Positions 58,090-64,000 of a stretch of 64,000 nt of DNA are shown here, one piece after another. The DNA lies in NCBI RefSeq assembly GCF_009914755.1, contig NC_060941.1; one strand, given 5' to 3'. Position 1 is the stretch's first letter. The number at the start of each line of letters is the position of its first letter. The notes under the pieces are model-generated. The model searched no databases. It had not been told where the DNA came from and saw nothing but the letters and a program-made list of their open reading frames with translations. Source of the stretch: the human T2T-CHM13v2.0 reference genome, Homo sapiens. The position numbers and the translations under genes are program-made.

Positions 58090-59030
58090 TTTTTCCAGTA
58101 AATACTGCTCTATGCCTAGCTCAGTGATAGCCCCCCCAAATACAGCAGTGAACTACACAGACAGGGGTCCTACCTTCATGGAGCTTATATTCCAGTGAGG
58201 AGTCAGAGTGTAGTAAGTGTCATGAAGGAAATAAAAGGAGGATGTGAGCGAGGGAGTAACTGGGGAGACTTACGTTAGATGAGGTCATCAGGAAGGTTCC
58301 CCTTAACAAGTAGTATTTCCAATGGGATCTGAAGGATGAGAAGGAGCCAGCTGTGGAAAGAGGCAAATGAAACAAAAGTACAAGAACCCAGGGACAAGAA
58401 AGAGCTTGGAATGCTCAAAGAATAGAAGAAGTCTCATGAATGGATAATAGTGATTGAGCTAAAGAGAAGTGTGAGATGCACTTACTGGCAGAGAAAGAGT
58501 TTACATTTTATATCAGGTATAGCATCAAAGAATTTTCAATGTTCAAAGCAGCGATGTGATTTGATCTGTTTTCATTTTAAAAACATCACTCTGAAGAGAA
58601 GCAAGATGGAAGCAAGGAGACCAGTTAGGGGGTAAAGCTCTTATTGGCAATTGCTTGGACTATGTTAGGGTTTCTCAAGCTCAGCACTACTGGCATTTTA
58701 GGCTAGAAAATTATTTGTTGTTGGGGGGTGTCCTATGCACCATAAGATGTTAAGAAGCATCCTCAGCCTTTATCCACTAGAAGACAAGTAGCACCCTCCC
58801 CTGCAATCAAAAGTGTTTCCAGACAATGCTAAATGTCCCCTGGGGGGCAAAACTACCCCTGGTTAAGAACTGCTGGACTAAATGCTGGCAGTGTGATGGG
58901 TTTGAAACATAGTGTAGAGATAGAACAGACACTACTTTGCAATGAACGGGATATAGCGAGTGACAAAGGAGATAATCAAATATGCTTCCTAGGTTTTTGG
59001 TTGAAGAATCTAGGTAGATGGTATCATGCA
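58090..59030 (-). mobile_element. L2 interrupted by MER20
   Basis: cctaccttcatggagcttatattccagtg...atctgaaggatgagaaggagccagc. Confidence 0.7.
58666..58875 (+). mobile_element. MER20 hAT element
   Basis: gtttctcaa.ctcagcacta.tg.catttt...tccagacaatgc.aaatgtcccctggggggcaaaa; 8-bp TSD-like gacta(tg/aa)t. Confidence 0.88.
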
Positions 59031-59844
59031 TACTTTGGATTCTTGACATAGGTCTTCCCTTCCCTTGTGCCTGTTCTTGGAATTATCCATGTACCTGTAA
59101 TGTTGCTCACCCTACCATTCTCTTCCTTTCCCTTCATCCTCTCTAGAAAATCCAACTTAAATGTCATCTTCTTGAAGCTTTCCCAGATTTGCCCACCAAT
59201 GGTGATCCTTTTTCCAGCGGATTTCTACAGCTGCATATCAGCACCACTCTTGGACACTTTCTGGCCCTGTCAGCTTCTGTAAACCCCAGGAAAGAAGCGC
59301 CAGGGCCTACCGAAAAGGAGCAGCCTTGGTGGAAGCTTGAAATGTCTGGCTTTGATTCTGTACCTCGCCTCTTCCCTTGGTTCCTGCTGGTGGCTTGTAG
59401 GATTATCATCTCCCACTACGCATTCTCTGACCGCTGGGACCATCATCTCTTATAGGCAAGACCACTCCTAGGCTTGTCTGCAGTTTGTCACAGACTTGGG
59501 ATCCTTGTTATTTGCTGTCTTGTGTTACAGTTATTAAGGCATATCTGCCGTCTCCCTTTCAAATTAGTCAAGAGCAAGAATAAGACCATATACATCTTTA
59601 TCCCTGGCAGTGCGTACTGATTACAAATTTGGTATTTAGTAAATGTCTGTTGAATGAATAAGTGAATGATTGAATCTGGAAGACTGACCTTATTTTTTTT
59701 CTCTTGAGTATGGAATTAAAAGAAAATTAACATTTTTATATAATTAGTACATGTAGTTTTTATAATCAGAAAAATGTGGATCTTTTTTAAGCCAAAGATC
59801 AGCCTGTACTTTGTGTTATTAATATAATCAATTAGTTTATATGA

Positions 59845-60150
<306 letters not shown>

Positions 60151-63100
60151 TGATGGAGAAGCATTTGTAACACTATATATCCTATAGGAGCCTGTGGGTT
60201 TCATAACCAATTTGTCTTTTCTTTTGAGGTGAATGGTTTTCAGATATGTTCAGGTGAGAGAGCAGTAGATTAGATGCTTCAAATGACTAGGATTCCTTGG
60301 GTTAAAACATGTTTTTGAGCTGTCATAACTTTCTACTCTTAGTGGTATCTTTGTTTATCCATTTCAGATACATTTCCCTGAGCTTGTCATTGTGCACTAC
60401 TCTTTCTTGGTTTGATTTCTTTGCATTTTAAACCACTGCTATAAATAACAGAATATATTTTAACTATGCATATTCAGCTATTTTTAAAAAATCATAATTT
60501 AGTACTCAGTTAACTTGGTATATGGAATACGGTTATACCCCAAAATTAGCATATTATTTTTAATACATCCCCCCCTATTATTTTAAACATCAAAATAATT
60601 CTCCCAAATAATTTTTTTTCCCATCTAGTCACTGTGGTTTGCCTTAACGTTGTGGCTTTTTCATAAGATATTATAGTGAAAAATTTTGGCCAAAACTTAA
60701 GGAAAATCGTTTTCATTACCAGAACACCCAAGAGGAGTTGGCTCAGTTTTAAAACAGGAATTCAAGTTACCAGCAGGAAAACAGCTTGGCTGAGTGGACA
60801 TATAAGTTGCTAGTGTGCAAAATACGTGAATTTAATGTGATAATGCCTATAGTCATTATGGTTCTACAATATATTGTCAGCTATTTGGAGAAGGATCAAT
60901 CTATTTCAAATAAGTTTTTTTGTTGTTGTTGTTATTTTGGATGTCAAAACAATCTTATAGTGAGGTTCAAATAGTGCTACCACTTTACCAAAAAGATCAT
61001 CCCCTTCTATAAAGCAGGACACCATCTCTTCCAAGTAGTTTCTTCCTTTTGCTACCTTCCCATGTTTTCTGGTAAAGAGAATAAACATGATTCCACCATG
61101 AACATATTTTTAATGAAAATGCGAATGAAAAGCAATATAAGCCAAATTGATTTATTTGTCCATTTGGGTCTATTTTTTATTTTTAAAAGTTACTACCTCT
61201 ATTTGGTTATACATCTGGGACCCGAGGTTAAGCCAGGAGCACATTCTAGTTTTCAGCCTCCTTTTCGTAAATTGAAAAGCCACATTTATCCTTGAGATAC
61301 TAATTATCTTAAGGATTTAAATTATGTTGATTCAAAGAAAATGTTTAAAATAAAATATGGACATTCAGAGAAAAAATAACTAAAAAGCATCAAATGGTTC
61401 AGAAGCTCCTAAATATTATAAAAAATAAGAGTTGTTTGAGTTGGAGCTGCTCCTCCTCCCCTCTCATCCCACCCCTTTTCTTTTCAAAAATAGGTAGCTC
61501 AAGAATTTATCATGAAAAAAACCTCTCAGTTGGATCAAGAAAGTATTTGGAGGAATAAAAATTGAATGATTTACATTTAGACAGAAATTGAACATAAGCC
61601 AAGGTTTTGGAAATTTTAAAAGGATGTGTTTAGGTGGCTGCTTGATTTTTAGTCTGTAGAAGTATTTTTGCTATAGGGAGCGAGTTGGATTCTGTAAATT
61701 TTAAAAATACGGGGGAAAGCCACAGAATGCATGTTGGGATTCTTTCTGGTCCTGAAAAGGTGCAGTGTCTGCCTCTTTCCTCCTTAGGCTGGTTTTCCAG
61801 CCCTGCTCCGCATCCCACTTACACAGCACTCCTGATCTTCCGCTGGAACTCCGTGTCATGTTCCTCCATGTGTCACTCATCCCACACAGCCCTCTGCAGT
61901 GTCCTGAGTGACGTGAGTTCCTCATCAGTGCTTGTGGTACAAGTGAATTTCTCCATCTTTTTGTACCCCTCATATTGCTTCCTTCCACTTGTCTCAGGCT
62001 GTGATTTCGTTTGGAAGCATCACAACACTTTAAAAATCTCAACGATTCCCAGTAGAGTAGAATCCTAGTGTTATCATTATGGTATCAGTCAGCTTCCCAA
62101 ATCATAATATTTCCCAATAATGTTAGGGATATTTTAGTTCCAGTGTTAGGCAATCTTATACATTTAAAATAAAGGAATGCAAAATCATTTTTATTAGTGT
62201 TTTTAAATAGGGTAAGCAGAACAAAGAGCACTGGGCAATAAGGGTTCAACAGAGTTTTTGGGCAGCATATAAATAAAGAAATAGTCCTTAGCAAAAAGGA
62301 AGAGTTTACTATACTTTTTTTAGAGGGCTAGTGTTCAAATTAAAAATACATATATGCGGTTGGTCTGTATAAAAGTTCTTCACTTCTAATAAAATTCTAT
62401 GGGAGGAAAACTTTCCTTCTGTTCGTATTTATAAAAAGATTCAAATTTTATTTATATTTTGTATTTATTAATATTTTCTTTTAGCAGTTATTCATTTAGT
62501 TTTCAGTATTCTTTGTACTCTATTTCTGTGATCTCTGTGAAAGTAGAAAAAATAAAGCTTTGGAAAGCTGTTTTTACTTTTGTTTTAAGGAGAGAAAATG
62601 AAATTCAGCTTCTGAATTATGAAGAAGTGACTAGTGCATAAAGAGATTTGTGTAAGAAACCACTAACATTAAAATGTTAGAGTAAATTACGTACATATTT
62701 TGTAATATGTACACATGCTTCATTTGAAACCGTAGTGTGGCTTTAAAGCACATATGCCTTCAAAGGATGGAAAAATCCATAAAATGTTTTGAATTTTGCA
62801 GCTGAAAGATAAAATATTGTGGATGGTTTAACTGATCAAGTCTTGAGAAACAAGTGACAAACTGAATAGCTGAATTAACAAATTTAAAAAGATAAGAATT
62901 ATCAAAAAACTATAACATTATTTTGAGGATTTGACATAATAGTGTTATAATAAGCTATAATTGGGATTATTTTACCTAGATTACATATACGTGATTTTTT
63001 AGACTGGTTATGTCAGTCAGTGTGTATGTCAGTAAATACATTTCTACAAGATACATTTTAATGGTGAGATGATATTCCATTTTATGGATATGCCTCAACT

Positions 63101-63821
63101 TTCTCAACCAGTTCTCCATTGTTGCAGCTTTTTGCTTCTATAAGTAACACTGCACAGATCTCTAATTATTTTTAAAGGACAAATTATTGGAAATGAAATT
63201 GCTGGGAGGATGGCTGCCAGTTAAAGCACACATGAAACTGCTTTAACTTCAGAATAAATGATCTTAACAAAATAATTAATTTTCTACATTTATACAGTGC
63301 TGTAGAATTTGCAGAGCATATTTACATAAATTATTCTTTAAGGCTTATAATCCTTAAAGTAGGTGGTATTCCTTCTATTTCTATGTGTAAAACATTTTGT
63401 TTTGCTATTGAATTATTCTTTTAGAAGGCAACATTTAAAACATGTATCATGCAAATAATGTTTTCATTGCATATCAGTGAGAAAATATAGATAAGCAAAA
63501 ATAACAATAACAAATTTTATTTTACTTTTCCTTTATGCCGGACATTGTTCTGTGTTAGAGATACAGCTGGAAACAAACAAATATCTTGCTTTTGTAGTGC
63601 CTATATCTCACCACCCAAATAGATCCATTTGTTAACATTTTGATTTATATTATTATAGACTTCTTCACATACACACATATCTTCATATATATAACATATA
63701 TAAAACATATTTAACATGGATATCTTCACATATATATCATACATATATATAGTTTGGGTATATTTTTTCATAAAATAGTATGTCATGGACATCTCGCCAT
63801 GTCAGTATTTGGTATAGCATG

Positions 63822-64000
<179 letters not shown>

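Overview
Human (or very close great-ape) genomic DNA, AT-rich and dense in Alu/L1/L2/MIR/MaLR/MER repeats. The window holds the 5' half of COX10 (heme A:farnesyltransferase / protoheme IX farnesyltransferase, UbiA family; 17p12 from recall) on the + strand. Four coding exons are present: 27416-27458, 32135-32268, 34550-34871 and 59930-60054. All introns are GT-AG and the exons splice into 208 uninterrupted codons; the remaining exons lie beyond the window. A CpG-island promoter at about 27.0-27.7 kb is bidirectional, and the divergent lncRNA COX10-DT (COX10-AS1) is expected to run leftwards on the - strand; several candidate exons for it are visible. Almost all other entries in the ORF track are repeat-derived or chance ORFs. 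I see no new multi-gene system. The most interesting sequence-level leads are: (1) an in-frame, strong-Kozak uORF inside a YY1 motif; (2) an exon 2+3 module of 456 nt, phase 1-1, flanked by inverted Alus, which would give a stop-free circRNA ORF and an in-frame skip isoform; (3) a competing frameshifting acceptor at exon 4; (4) three separate local templated-copy events; (5) a CpG-preserved old AluJ next to the promoter. Repeat subfamily names are by-eye calls from recalled consensus sequences, and repeat boundaries are approximate.
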